Assembly (NCBI RefSeq): GCF_018977255.1 | Contig: NW_024704742.1 | Span: forward strand, 13,580,001-13,644,000 | Length of the DNA: 64,000 nucleotides | Reading direction: 5' to 3' | From: Callorhinchus milii | Lineage: Eukaryota | Shown here: piece after piece, positions 13,741-26,338 of the stretch | How positions within the stretch are numbered: the stretch's first letter is position 1 | Layout of the letters: each line of letters begins with the position of its first letter | Notes under the pieces: generated by a model | What the model was told of the DNA's origin: nothing | Databases searched by the model: none | The model's input: only the letters and a program-made list of their open reading frames with translations | Made by a program: the position numbers and the translations under genes

Positions 13741-14433
13741 TTTTTTCATAATTGACAAGCACAAATGGTAGCCACAAATAGCAATAATTTACATGAGCAC
13801 AGTGTTAGCAAGGGTTGAGATGAAATCATAAGTGTCATTTAATTTTTTTTATATGAATGCAAAGTATCAGAGGGCAGCAACTTTATATGACGTAAGCACT
13901 GATGTTCAGTTCTCACAATTAGTGTATTTGCCTGGTAAAATTAGCTTCTGCAGTCAATATGGGATAGTCTCAAGGTCAGTATATGTGTGGACCAGTGTAA
14001 GAAAAAGGAATTTTTGCCTGTCAGAATACATAGCCACTTACTGATCATCAGAGAATCAACTGCAGGATACAAAGGCTAACTTCACTAAGTTAATTAAGTT
14101 AAATGGCAAGATAGTGCCATTCCTTCCAGCATTAAGTCTCTGATTGGTGTGAATTTGGTACAAAAACATGCAAGCTCTTTGTTCAAGCTGCAGATTGATC
14201 GGTGTGTGGAAATGAATGGCACTCTCTTCCTCTGCAGGTGTTGCTTTGCATCTCTGGAGTACATGATTGGTCAGCCATCTGTGGTCTTTCTTACTACTTC
14301 TCTGTCATGTTTCTTCTTTCTCTAAGTTCCAGCTAACAATTGCACGCACATTGTAGTTATATTGCATGGATTTTCATTACAAATTTGTCTCTTTTGACTA
14401 TTGTTGCATATAACAAGGGAATGAAAATACAAT

Positions 14434-14541
14434 AACAAAAACAGAGAGAGCTGAGAAAACTCAGCAGGTCAGGCAGCATTTATGGAGAAAGGAAAGTGAG
14501 TCAACGTTTCGGGTCCACGAACCTTCGTCAGAATGGGTGGA
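14434..14541 (-). mobile_element. Penelope-like terminal repeat fragment with hammerhead motif and 14-bp target-site duplication
   Basis: Minus strand ctgacgaaggttcgtggacccgaaacgttgact. Flanking direct repeat aatgaaaatacaat at 14420-14433 and 14542-14555. Confidence 0.75.
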
Positions 14542-15355
14542 AATGAAAATACAATGTTTCGTAACAGATTTGATGATTAGAATACAAACCCTTGAGTGTC
14601 CAGTGCCGTGAGACATCCTCCCGACATAAAAGGCGCTATAAAATGCAATTTGTTGTTGTTGCTATGTTTCATTGAATCCAGTCGGAACCATCACATTTTT
14701 ACATCAATTCCGACTCCGCCCACCAGCCCCCAGCTTCAGCAAGTCGTTGGGTCCAAGGCCCATTCCAAAATAGTGTGACGCAGTCTTGGATTGTGTTATA
14801 AATAAACAAATAAATAAATAACAAAAGAGCAAATAAATAATCTTTGCATTTGATGTAGCTCCTTAGCACACCATGGAAATGTCTCAAAATGCTTTACAGA
14901 ATTTTACAGTGTCTGTGTGTTTTGTGGGTGAACACAACAGCCTGTTTGCACACAGCAATGTTCCACAAACTGTTACATGTTGTTTTAAGACTTAATTGGC
15001 AATTGGACATTAAGAATGAGAAGCAGGCACGCATAAAAAGATTCTGGGAAAGTGACTGGGCAGATTGTGGAAGACTGGAAGTGTAAGGTTTAAATAAAGG
15101 AACTTGTGAATGAATCTAAACCGTGTTTTGGAATTACAAACTTTACACAAACAGCCATGAAGTGAAGAAAAATTTTATCTGGAGAACTATTGGCCACAAC
15201 ACTGAGAGAAACTTCCTTCTCTTTTCAAATTGCCATGGGATCTTTAATATGCACCAAAACAGGAAGATGGGACCTCAACTCATACGAAGGCCAGTATCTT
15301 CAATAATGTAACACTCCCCTGCATTGAAATGTCAGCATAGACTTTGAACCAAAAG

Positions 15356-15708
15356 TAATAATAATAATCTTTTCATTTGATATAGTGCCTTGTCACATAT
15401 TCAAGATGTCTCAAAGCGCTTCACAGAATATACTGTAAAGTGAATTGACTATGTTTTTTGTGGTCAAAACATGGCAGCCAATTTCGCACAGCAGTGTCCC
15501 ACGAATAGTCATGAATTGAGTATTGTTATTTTTTTTTGAAGCAATTATTACCCCCGGAAAAGCGATCGGCTAATCGACTAACTTACTGTTGGATAAACAA
15601 AAGCATGTGGAGTAAGGAAACTTGCCTAAGGTTTAGCCCTGCTGGGAATCAAACCCAGGTCTCTCGCTTGCGAGGTGAGTGCTCTAACCACTGAGCTACA
15701 GGACTCCA
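15356..15708 (-). mobile_element. tRNA-derived SINE (long variant)
   Basis: Full tRNA-like head, body and (ATT)n tail, homologous to the other copies. Confidence 0.9.
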
Positions 15709-16039
15709 AAGTACTGATTGAATCCCATGGAATCTCTTGAAGTGACATTGAAATGCCATGTTAGGTGACTGAAAACAACAATGATAGTGTGGAAATGTTT
15801 GGGCTCAACAACTATGTCTAAGTCTTGGAGGAGGGGAGGAGAAAAGATTCATACCGATGACCAGTCTTTACGAATAGTTAAAAAAACTAGAATGCTAATT
15901 TACTGCAGCACCCAGTCCCAAAGTCATAACAGTGCAGGGTACCAGTATATGTGTTCCGAGGTATGGACTTGGACTGTGTGACTATCAGTCATAAAAAGGC
16001 CTATTCTCTGTTCTGTGGGTAAAAGAAAAAGGACTACAT

Positions 16040-16396
16040 AATAATAATGACAATCCTTGCATTTGATATGGCGCCTTATCACATCTTCAAGACGTCTCAA
16101 ATCGCTTCACAGAATATACTGTAAAGTGTAAAATGAATTGACTGTGTGTTTTGCGCCTATTGCCAATTGCGCACAGTAGTGTACCACAAGCAGTTGTGGA
16201 TTGAGTGCCCACATTTTTTAAAAAAAAGAGATTATTCCGCGGAAAAGCGATCCACCAAACGTCCGAACAACTGGGTTCCTATTTACTGCTAGGTAAACAG
16301 AGGCGTGTGCAGTAAGGAAACATGTTTTGCCCTGCCCGGGAATCAAACCCAGGTCTCTCACTTGCGAGGTGAGTGTTCTAACTAATATGCTACAGA
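16040..16396 (-). mobile_element. tRNA-derived SINE (long variant)
   Basis: Same head, body and tail as 15356-15708. Confidence 0.88.
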
Positions 16397-16760
16397 TCAT
16401 GTTCTCCAGCTGGAGTCAGGCACTAGTAGGATATTGCACTATCTACAACATCAATTAAAAATCCCTTAATAGATGGACATGTCTGATTGTTGCTTTATTT
16501 CTGACTCTTGCCAGTTTTGCCTTATTATCTGAAAGCAAGAAAATGTAAGGTACATTGAGGTTGTATTCTGCTTTTCCTTTAAGCAACGCATAAATGGTGA
16601 AGATCACATTATAACAATAAAGCATTAACAACGCTTTTTTTTTAACCGGGACTGAAAAGGCTAAAGATACGGAGGAAGAAAATTAAAGTTCGAGTGTTTT
16701 TTTTTGCGGCTGTAATTGTTAAAATAACGTAATGCTTTTTTAAATAATCATTATTTCAAA

Positions 16761-16908
16761 ACAGAATATACTGTAAAGTGAACTGACTGTATATTTGCCC
16801 ACAAATATACAGTCAATTCACTTTAGAGTATATTCTGTGAAGTGCTTTGGGACGTCTAGAAGATGTGAAAAGCGTTATATCAAATGCAAGGATTATTATT
16901 ATTATTAT
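16761..16908 (+). mobile_element. 5'-truncated SINE with a fold-back inverted duplication
   Basis: 37-bp arms at 16761-16797 and 16802-16838 (2 mismatches), then the normal SINE 3' end and (ATT)n. Confidence 0.85.
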
Positions 16909-17399
16909 ACCCTCAAAGAAAAAAATCCTGAGGTAGTTAAATGCTGGCATTCAAATCTACAGATCCACTAAGCATACGTTTTCCCACTAAGTATGACTTT
17001 CCCAGTTAAAATAACCTTTTCTTCTATGCACACATCAGGCTGCACACTGCCAAAAGATTTAATCTGAGATATGCCTTCGCTCATGTTTTAAAATCTGTCA
17101 CTTTGTCGCAAAAAAAATTCTGCAATTGTCACAAAAGGAAGCAAAGTACAAAAATAGCAGTTAATCTACATCAGTTCTGTTGATGATGCTAAGTGAAAAG
17201 GTTAGACTAGAGTCTCTCAAAGACACAGTGCCAGTCTGTGGTAGGCCGATGGCAGTTCCACACCAGATCTCTCTTTAAATTGAATGACTTGACAGTTTAA
17301 TTCACCAACAGAACTTTGAATAATAATAATCCTAACATTTGATGTAGACAGCCTTTCACAATGAGAGTCAATCTTGGGTGTAAAAAGAGTTGAGAAACA

Positions 17400-17760
17400 T
17401 TACATCATAATATTAATTCTGATGAAGAAACATTTTAGGCCTATTTGATTTCATTCCTCCAGAATACTCACTCTACAGCCAAGCTGTTTTTAAAGGAGTC
17501 CAGTTTCCAGGCCTCAAGTACCCTTCCAGGTAACCTGCTTCAGTTGTTAATTACCTTGTGGGTGAAAAATGTATCTTGGTATCTGTCCTGAAATTGTCTT
17601 TGCTATCCTGAACCTGATGTTCTAGTGATAAATAATTACTAATAATACTACGTCCTCTCGTTCTGCTGTCTTGCATCCAAAAGTATTGAACTCAGTTTAC
17701 TTTCTCAACTCCATTTAACATTTTAGACTCTTCTCACTTCCATCACCACGCTTAAGGTAC
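17400..17760 (-). mobile_element. Decayed CR1 3' fragment
   Basis: Minus strand resembles the CR1 C-terminal region (ggttcaggatagcaaagacaatttcaggacagataccaag...ttcacccacaagg), similar to 5400-5520. Confidence 0.55.
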
Positions 17761-19779
17761 TGACTTTCTCACTGAAATCTCTTTCATTGTGTCCTCTGAC
17801 TGATACTTGGAATGCTCGAAGGCTGCTCTGTGTTACTGATAGAAACATTGTTTTATGCATAGGGTTTTTTCTCCCCTTTTCTTGAATTGGAAATGAATCT
17901 GTCTTCACACCCAGTGCTGAAGAAATTCACCAACAGAGCTTTAAATAATAATAATCCTAATATTTGACATGGACAGCCTTTCACGTTGGGAGAGTATCTC
18001 AATGGTGCTTCATGGGGATTTATTGTAAGGTGTAATGACTGTGTATTTTGTACGCAAATACAACAGCTAGTTTGTGCACAGCAAACTAAAGTACATGAAT
18101 GTTGCACAAACAACTATGAAATGAATCCCTCCTATTTTATCCCCTCCCCCACTAGCTTTAAATAATGTGATATGATGTAATAATCACAATGATATGAGTT
18201 ATATCAAGAATTATAATTCTGAGGTAAGAATATCTTTGAAAAACAATCTCATCCACAGTTGCAGCATGAGAACCAACAGACAAGTTTGGCAGCAGAGCGC
18301 AAATGATATGCTGAAATACCAATGGGACTAGTGTGGCAATAAACACAGATTGACAGGTCTCACATTGCTGTGTCCCAGACTACAGCTGTGTCACCATGCA
18401 GAGTGGGGGCAGACGTTTTGCCTCCAGGGAAGGGACCACAAAAGTCATAGTCACCCAATGGAGGTGTTTTGCAATCCTCAATGACATTTCCAGAGCAGCA
18501 TTCGGTGACTGTTTTGGGTTAGTTGAGAGAAACATTGCTTTGTTAAATAGGATTGTTCTTCCCCTCTCCTTGAAATAGAATTTGATTCTTCTGTCAGCAC
18601 CAAACACTTATAGACGTTAAATTAACATATTGGCATTGATGGCATCCACTTGCTTAGATCAAGTTGGCACTTTGCCCAATGAAACCAGGCAGAAAAAAAA
18701 GCTAGAATGAAAGCTTATCCTCAAATAATGCTAATTGTTACATTTTGAACTTCAGAGACTAGGAATATTCCAGAAATTAGCCGATTTAACTCTCCGAGTC
18801 TTTCAGTTTTGTCCACCATAATAAAAGTAAAATATTGCACTTCCTGTTTGTCCTTGGCTCATGGGCTTGTATTTTCCTGGTTTGCAGTAAATGAAGAAAT
18901 GCTTATAAAGTGGGGGAAATTCAGAGATCATGGCTGGATTGAAAAGGAGGTGGGGGGTTGTGGGATATAAGCAATTGATTTATTTGTACAAATAAGTGCC
19001 AACCAAATAAGAAAGTGCCTACAGTGTGGTTTAGCTTGCATTGTGTGAATAAATGTATAATGCCATGTCATTTTCAGAAACTCACAAATGTAGGGGTTGT
19101 GTTTCAGGACGTGGTGGTTTGTATATCTAATGCGATTCATGAAAAGGTCATCCTTCCAATTGACTTTGTACAGGTACTGTCATTGATTCAACCCAGTTTA
19201 GTTGCTAATTTTGTTACTGTTGGAAAAAATAGTACACAAATATGACATGAACCATTTCCACTGGTAAGGGAGTCAGTGATGAAGAGACATGGTTATAAGA
19301 AAGTAACAAACAAGAAGAGTGAAAGGGGAGCTTAGGAGAACTTGTTTTACTCAGAGAATTCTTGGGTTGTGAAATGCCTCTTCTAAGTAAAATGGTAGAA
19401 GCAGATTCCATTTTGGGTTTTGTGAAAGAAGTAGATAGGTATATGATAGATAGAAGCTAGCAGTCATATGGGAATAATGCAGGGCAACGGGATTGAATGA
19501 ACAGCTTGCTCTGAGAGGCAATGCAGACTCGGTTGGCTGAATGACCTTCTCCATTATAAATATCTATGATTCTATGAAAAATATCAGGAATCATCAGTAG
19601 AGATATGTTAAAAATAGCTGCTATGCAGAATTTTAGGGAGTGTCCTATTGAGGAGAGAGTGTGCATTCCAATCCAGATCAATGGGAAAGTTCCATGCACA
19701 GGTAGCATTCATATGTGGAACTCTCCATCTAGTTTGATAATGGGCTTCCGCATATATCAGACATGCAGTTAACCAAGTA

Positions 19780-22700
19780 CAACAACAACAACAACAACAA
19801 GATTCCATTTATAGAGCGCCTTTCACGTCAGGAGGACGTCCCAAGGCGCTGCACAGTTGGGTCATGACCCGAGCAGGGGGGAAATGGTCAGGGTGAGGGG
19901 AGGGAAGGGAGGGAGAGAGGAGGGGGAAATGGTCAGGGTGAGGGGAGGGAAGGGAGGGAGCGAGGAGGAGGAAGAGAGTCGAGAGGGGAGCTGAAGGCAC
20001 GGTCAAAGAGAAAGGTTTTGAGACCGGCCTTGAAGGAGGAAAGGGAGGAAGCAAGGCGAAGGCACTGGGGGATGGAGTTCCAGAGCCTCGGGGCTGAGAG
20101 GCTGAAGGCCCGACCACCGATAGTAGGGCGGTTGGGGCGGGGGACGTGGAGCAGACCGGAGCCAGAGGAACGGAGGGTACGGGCAGGTAGGTAGGGGGAT
20201 AGTAGGTTGGAGAGGTAGGAGGGAGCAAGGCCGTGAATGGCCTTGTAGGTGAGGATGAGGATCTTGAAATCAATCCTCTGGGGGATGGGGAGCCAGTGGA
20301 GGCGAGCGAGGGTGGGAGTGATGTGGTCCCGAAGCCTGGTGCGGGACAGTACACGAGCTGCAGAGTTCTGAATGACCTGCAGCTTGTGGAGGGAGGTGGC
20401 GGGAAGGCCGGCGAGGAGAGAGTTCCCATAGTCCAGCCTTGAGGTGACAAAGGCGTGAACCAGGGTTTCAGCAGCGTGAGGGGTGAGGTAGTGCCGTAAT
20501 CTGGCGATATTCCGGAGGTGATGGAAGGCGGTGCCAGTTGTGGTGCGGATGTGAGGGAGAAAGGACAGCTCAGGGTCGAACAAAACGCCGAGGTTCCTGA
20601 CTGGCTTTGAGAGGTGGAGAGTGCAGCCTTGGATGCTGATGGTGTCAGCGCCTGAGGTGCGGAGGCGCTGACGTGAGCCAATCAGGAGGGCCTCGGTTTT
20701 TCGCACGTTGAGCTGAAGAAAGTTGTCTCTCGTCCAGGACTCGATGTCGGACAGGCAGGCTGTCAGGACATCGGTGGTCGTGGAGTTGAGAGTAGAGGAG
20801 GAAAGGTAGAGTTGGGTGTCATCCGCATACATGTGGAAGTTAACCCCATGTTTGCGGATGATGTCACCAAGGGGGAGCATATAGAGGGTGAAGAGGAGGG
20901 GACCGAGGACAGAGCCCTGAGGGACACCACATGAGACAGTACGGGGGGTGGAGGAGAAGCCATTCGTTGAGACGAAGTGAAGACGGTGAGAAAGGTACGA
21001 CCTAAACCATTCAAGGACAGTGCCTTGAAAGTTGAGGTGGGAGGACAAGCGGTGGAGTAGGATAGCGTGGTCGACCGTATCGAATGCTGCCGATAGGTCG
21101 AGGAGGACGAGGAGACAGAGGGAGCCCTGGTCACAGATGGTCAGGATATCATTGGTGACCTTGACCAGGGCAGTTTCTGTGCTATGAGCAGCACGGAAAC
21201 CTGACTGAAGGGGTTCAAAAAGAGAATGGGTGGAGAGGAAAGAGCGCAGTTGGGAGGCGACAACTCTTTCCAAGACCTTGGAGAGAAAGGGGAGGTTGGA
21301 GATGGGCCGGTAGCTTGATAGCTGCGACGCATCAAGGGAGGGTTTTTTCAGGGTGGGCGTGATGATGGCAGTTTTTAATGGAATGGGGACAGAGCCAGAG
21401 GAGAGGGACAGGTTTATGATGTCAGTGATATGTGGGGCAAGAAAATGGAGCTGGGAGATAAGGAGTGGAGTGGGGATGGGGTCAAGGGAGCAGGTGGTTG
21501 GTTTTAGGGATAGGATGAGTTCAGTGACAGAGGGTGGGGAAACGGGTACGAAGGTGTGTAGGGGAGGATGGGTAGGAGTCGGAGTGTGGGAGGGAAGGGG
21601 TGGGTGGTGGGTGGAAGTTGGAGGGGAAGTGACCGCGGAGCGGATTCCCTTGATCTTGGATTCAAGGAAATCCAGCATCTCCTCGCAGTGAAGGTTGGAG
21701 GAGATGACCTGCGCGGGGTGGCGGGGGGGACGGAGGAGTCGGGATGTGGTGGAAAACAGTAGCCTGGGGTTGTTCTTCGCCTCCAGGATTATCCTGGAGT
21801 AGAAGGACGACTTGGCCGAGGCTAGAGTGGAGCGGTAAATTTTGAGGAGGTCCAGCCAGATTTGTCGGTGGACCGTTAAGCCGGATTTGACAAAGGTGCG
21901 CTCAGCAGCCCGCACCTGGCATTTCAGTGAGCGGAGGTGGGTGGTGTACCAGGGGGAGGAGCGGGAGTAGGAGACAGTGCGGGAAGTGATGGGGGCAAGA
22001 GTATCGAGTGTGGAGGAGAGGATATTGTGGAGGAGGGAGAGAGGAGAAGAGGGGTCGGTGAGGGTTGAAGGCCAGAGGGAGAGGAGTTCAGAGGACTCCA
22101 AGGCATCGGTTAGGGATTGTGGGGGTAACTTCTTCCAAGGGCGGTAGAAGATGGTGGTGGGTCTGGTGGAGGTGGGGAGGGGGGTGGAGGTGGTGAAGGA
22201 GATGAAGTAGTGGTCGGAGATGGCCTTGTCGGTAATAGTGACATCCGAGACACTGAGGCCCCGGGTGATCACCAAATCGAGTGGGTGGCCGTGACTGTGA
22301 GTGGGGGAGTTTATGTGTAGGGAAAGGTTGAGTGAGGAGAGCAGGGAAGAGAAGTCTGTGGAGATGGAGCAGGAGGGGGTGAAGTGTAGGTTAAAGTCGC
22401 CCAGGATGATGAGGCGATCGGAGCAGAGGCAAAGAGATGTGAGGAGTGTTGAAATGTCAGAGATGAAGGTGGGAGAGGTTTTAGGGGGCCGGTAGAGGAG
22501 GAGGATTTTAAGGGAGAGGAATGAGGGGTGGGAGAGGGTGAGGTGCTCGAAGGAGGGGAAAGAGCCAGTGGAGTAGGGGGATAGGGCAAGTGGTGTCCTT
22601 GAGATAAGGGCAACACCACCGCCACGGCGGTTGGGGCGGGGGATGTGGTGGGAGGTGTAGCCGGGTGGCGTGGCCTCCGTGAGGGGGAAGGTGTCGCCTG

Positions 22701-23180
22701 GGGTGAGCCACGTTTCTGTCAAGGCCATGATATCAACGTTCTCATCAAGGATGAGATCGTTGATGACCAGGGCCTTGTTGGAGAGGGAGCGGACATTTTG
22801 CAGTCCGATGTGGAGGGAGCGGTTGACAGAAGGGTGTGTGGGAGGGGAGGGGGGTCCAGGTTGTGAGGCAGGGGTGGGGGAGATGGGGATGAGGGAGGAG
22901 AGGTTGACTCCCCGGGTCTGTGTCCGGGGTGGCTGGCGAGAGTGGTGGGGAATGGGGCAGTCGGTGTGGCTGCTGCTGGACAGCCAACGCCGAGTGCCAC
23001 GGTGAGCCCGGCGGAGGATTCCCAGACTGGAACAGAGGGAGGTTGTGGGAGGGTCAAGTGGGGATAGAAGACGAGAGGGACGGAGAGAGAGGAGGAGAGA
23101 GCGGGAGAGATGCAGAGGGGGGAGGGTTTGGGGGGAGAGAGGAGGGGGGAGGGAGGGAGGGGGTGAGGGGGCTCGGGTCA
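19780..23180 (-). mobile_element. Young L2 LINE copy with no ORF1 visible (probably 5'-truncated), 3' stem-loop and (GTT)n tail
   Basis: Contains the ORF above. 3' end on the minus strand reads agcgccttgggacgtcctcctgacgtgaaaggcgct...aaatggaatc(ttg)n. Possible TSD aagta at 19775-19779 and 23181-23185. Confidence 0.95.
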
Positions 23181-23181
23181 A
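19933..23181 (-). CDS. L2-clade LINE ORF2: apurinic endonuclease + reverse transcriptase, uninterrupted 1082-codon frame (true start not seen)
   Basis: APE motifs [53 protein letters not shown] motifs [62 protein letters not shown]2-type C-terminus [10 protein letters not shown]...LHWLPI...[10 protein letters not shown]. The TTG 'start' lies at the insertion junction. Confidence 0.96.
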   Translation of the reverse strand: MTRAPSPPPSLPPPLSPQTLPPLHLSRSLLLSLRPSRLLSPLDPPTTSLCSSLGILRRAHRGTRRWLSSSSHTDCPIPHHSRQPPRTQTRGVNLSSLIPISPTPASQPGPPSPPTHPSVNRSLHIGLQNVRSLSNKALVINDLILDENVDIMALTETWLTPGDTFPLTEATPPGYTSHHIPRPNRRGGGVALISRTPLALSPYSTGSFPSFEHLTLSHPSFLSLKILLLYRPPKTSPTFISDISTLLTSLCLCSDRLIILGDFNLHFTPSCSISTDFSSLLSSLNLSLHINSPTHSHGHPLDLVITRGLSVSDVTITDKAISDHYFISFTTSTPLPTSTRPTTIFYRPWKKLPPQSLTDALESSELLSLWPSTLTDPSSPLSLLHNILSSTLDTLAPITSRTVSYSRSSPWYTTHLRSLKCQVRAAERTFVKSGLTVHRQIWLDLLKIYRSTLASAKSSFYSRIILEAKNNPRLLFSTTSRLLRPPRHPAQVISSNLHCEEMLDFLESKIKGIRSAVTSPPTSTHHPPLPSHTPTPTHPPLHTFVPVSPPSVTELILSLKPTTCSLDPIPTPLLISQLHFLAPHITDIINLSLSSGSVPIPLKTAIITPTLKKPSLDASQLSSYRPISNLPFLSKVLERVVASQLRSFLSTHSLFEPLQSGFRAAHSTETALVKVTNDILTICDQGSLCLLVLLDLSAAFDTVDHAILLHRLSSHLNFQGTVLEWFRSYLSHRLHFVSTNGFSSTPRTVSCGVPQGSVLGPLLFTLYMLPLGDIIRKHGVNFHMYADDTQLYLSSSTLNSTTTDVLTACLSDIESWTRDNFLQLNVRKTEALLIGSRQRLRTSGADTISIQGCTLHLSKPVRNLGVLFDPELSFLPHIRTTTGTAFHHLRNIARLRHYLTPHAAETLVHAFVTSRLDYGNSLLAGLPATSLHKLQVIQNSAARVLSRTRLRDHITPTLARLHWLPIPQRIDFKILILTYKAIHGLAPSYLSNLLSPYLPARTLRSSGSGLLHVPRPNRPTIGGRAFSLSAPRLWNSIPQCLRLASSLSSFKAGLKTFLFDRAFSSPLDSLPPPRSLPSLPSP

Positions 23182-24127
23182 AGTAAAAAGCTCTTCTCAT
23201 ACGACTGTGTGTATTCGTAAGAACCATCTAACATGAATTGAAACCTGGAATCTGCGATCTTCTCAATTCTAGAAATCCTATCAATCTTGAGCTGCTCTAT
23301 TTAAATAAATAATACAGTAAAAATAGGAACTCAGTCTCCCCTGATGGCTTAGCAGGAAAACACCACCCAGTGCAATTTGGTACTTATATCCTTCAGTTCA
23401 GTGATCACAGTTTAAATTAAATAGCTGAATTACATCTTCATTATTCATGCCTGTCAGCACTTTAAGGATCCAAACCCCTCTCAATCATTTTTCCTCTGAT
23501 ATTGATGCTGAGTCTAATAACTTAATCTGACTCACAAGGTCCCAGTAATCCACTGATCCCTGTCTTAATACTGTATAATGTTTGTACCATACTGTAATAC
23601 TGTAAACTGTATTTCTAGTTCCATTTTCACAGTGGAAATTGGACTTTGCTTCCTAGTTTTATTGAATCGATGGTTGTGGGTTAATACATGATACACTGTG
23701 ATCCAGGCTATGTGTAGCGGTTTGATTTCTTGGCCTCAGTCTGTGTCTAGGTAGTTGTATGGTCAGATGGAGATCATGATGGAGGAGACATTGGATGCTC
23801 TAGCTTTATATTATCTGAATGCTAATTCCACATTGAATTCAGAGACTATCTGAAGAGAAATTGACAGCAGCTGAAGGAACAAAAGGTGGACAGTACAGGT
23901 AAGGACTGAAAGACAGAGATCAAGCAAAGGGGAATTTGTGAGAACAGTACTGAAGACAAATAATGAGCAAGCAAATGGGAGGACCAGATGGAGAGGCAGT
24001 GAGAGCAGGAGAGAGATTGAGAAGCAGATGGCAAGAACAGACATCGATAAACAACACAGTTAGGGAGAGAGTGAGCAACAAGGAAGCATGCATGCACATT
24101 GTAGAATGCTCTTGCTGCAAGAAAAAT

Positions 24128-24895
24128 ACATTAGAATACATTAGAATATACAGCACAGAAACAGGCCATTCAGCCCAACTGATCTATGAGCCTCCTCCTG
24201 CCCTTCCTCGACTGAACCTTCAAGCATAGCCTTCTATTCCTTTCTCCCTCATGTACCTGTCTAGCTTTTCCCTTAAATACATCTATGTAATTTGCCTCAA
24301 CAACTCCTTGTGGTAGCACGTTCCACATTCCCACTATTCTCTGTGCAAAGAAATTCCTTCTAACTTCCCAATTTGATCTATTTGTGACTATTTTATATTG
24401 ATGGTCCCTGGTTTTGGTCTCCCCCACAAGTGGAAACATCTTCCCTATGTCTGCCCTATCAAAACCTTTCATCATGTTAAAGACCTCTATCAGGTCACCC
24501 CTCACCCTCCTCTTTTCAAGAGAAACGAGTCCAAGCATGTTCAGCCTTTCCTGATAGGTATAACCTCTCAGTTCTGGGATCATCCTTGTGAATCTCTTTT
24601 GCACCCTCTCCAGTGCCCACAGTGTGATCTAACCAAGGTTCTGTAGACGTTTATCATAACTTCCCTGCTTTTCATTTCTATCCCACTAGAAATGAACCCC
24701 AATGCCTGGTTTGCNTTTTTTTATGGCCTTATTAACCTGCTTTGCTACTTTTAGTGAATTGTGTACATGTACCCCTAGGCCCCTTTGCTCCTCTACCCCA
24801 TTTAGGTTTTTATTTTCCAGGATGTATGTGACTTCCTTATTCCTTCTACCAAAATGTACCACCTCACACTTTTCTACATCGAAATGCATTTGCCA
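24128..24895 (-). mobile_element. CR1-clade LINE 3' fragment
   Basis: ORF pieces MHFDVEKCEVVHFGRRN...LGVHVHNSLKV and QKRFTRMIPELRGYTYQERL..LGLVSLEKRRVRGDLIEVF...RRNFFAQRIVGMWNVLP. CR1-type 3' end with short tandem tail. Confidence 0.93.
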
Positions 24896-25645
24896 TGATA
24901 CCTGCTAGCAAATAAACCAAGTAGACATTGGGATCAAAGCACAAGTGACAATCTTCCAATGTGGTACAAGGATCAGAGAACTGATGTTTTACTGCAGCAT
25001 CTTTAACCTTAAATCGGTGCTCACTTTCATCCTGACTTTATACATTTTGTTCATTATGATAAATTGAGAACACTTTTCCCGAATGAGAAGTAAAGTCTCT
25101 GTTGAAGAAATTATTTGGAGACATTATTCATGATATAAATTGCAAAGTGTTTTGAGAAAAAAGCAATTTCATCAATAGAAAAAGGTATTCCTATAAAATT
25201 TCCCCCAGGACAGTTGATATAAAGAGAAATCCATGCCATGTGGTAATAGGTTAGGAGTTGTAAATCTTGGATAGAAGTTCATATCTGACACCCCATTCAT
25301 AAAACAGAAAGCAGAGATTATTTCAAAGCTTCCCCCATTTCAGGGTCTTATGTCCTTATGTCTTCTGAAGATCTGCCTGCATTCTAACATGCCTTTGTTC
25401 TCCATGCACTTCACAGTACACAAAGGTAGAAGGGAAAGGAAATAAATAAGTTTGAATTCAAATAAAAGTGCAATGAAATTGAGGGTGAATGAAAAGCAAG
25501 CGGTCATTTATAAAGACAAAAGGCAATGTGACTTAAAAAGTTAAGATTCAACATTCCAATTGATACTACATCAACAGGCTTCTGTATTCCATGTTCTCAC
25601 ACTCCTGTGTGAACAAATGTTTTCTGATCTGACTTCTAAGAGAGG

Positions 25646-26000
25646 GGAGTCCTGTAGCATATTGGTTAGAGCAGCATCTCACAGGGGAGAGGACCCAGGT
25701 TCAATTCCTGGGCAGGACAAAATCTTAGGCAAGTTTCGTTACTCTACATGCCTCTGTTTGCCTAGCAGTAATTAGGAATCCATTGTAAGTCGATTAGCAG
25801 ATTGCTTTCTGGAGATAATAATTCTTTTTTTAAAAAAATGGTCAATCAACCATGTCTGTTTGTGGGACACTGCTGTGCACAATTGGCTGCTGCATTTCAC
25901 CCACAAAATATACAGTCAATTCATTTTACAGTGTATTCTGTGAAGTGGTTTAAACGTGTCAATGACGTGATAAGGCTCCATATCAAATGCAAGGAATAAT
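25646..26000 (+). mobile_element. tRNA-derived SINE (long variant)
   Basis: ggagtcctgtagc...ggttcaattcctgggcaggac head, then body and tail. Confidence 0.88.
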
Positions 26001-26338
26001 CGGCTTAGCATTAGTTTTAAATTATGTCCCCTTGTTTACACCTTGTTATTTAAAAGGAAGTATAAAAAGATTGGTTACGCTGCCATTCAAAGCTTGAATC
26101 ATTGGAGAGTGGGATATTTAATCTTTTGTTTTGAGGAAACAATCCATAGATTAGTGGAATGGGTAGCTGTTTCTTGTAGCAATTACTTTCATAAAGAAAT
26201 CCCAGTTTCTTATCAAACAGAATGACTGGAGCTGGCAATAGTAACACTAGAGAACTCTGAAAAGATTGTCGGCTGAGACTGATTGATAGTTTGCGGTGTT
26301 GGTGTAAGAGTTCACAGGATATCAACTTTATATATGTA

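Noticed and set aside
19809..23236. Many overlapping ORFs (290 aa, 123 aa, 112 aa and others) around the L2
   Set aside because: These are alternative-frame or antisense shadows of a GC-rich, strand-skewed LINE ORF2, with low-complexity Pro/Ser or Gly/Arg products and no motifs.
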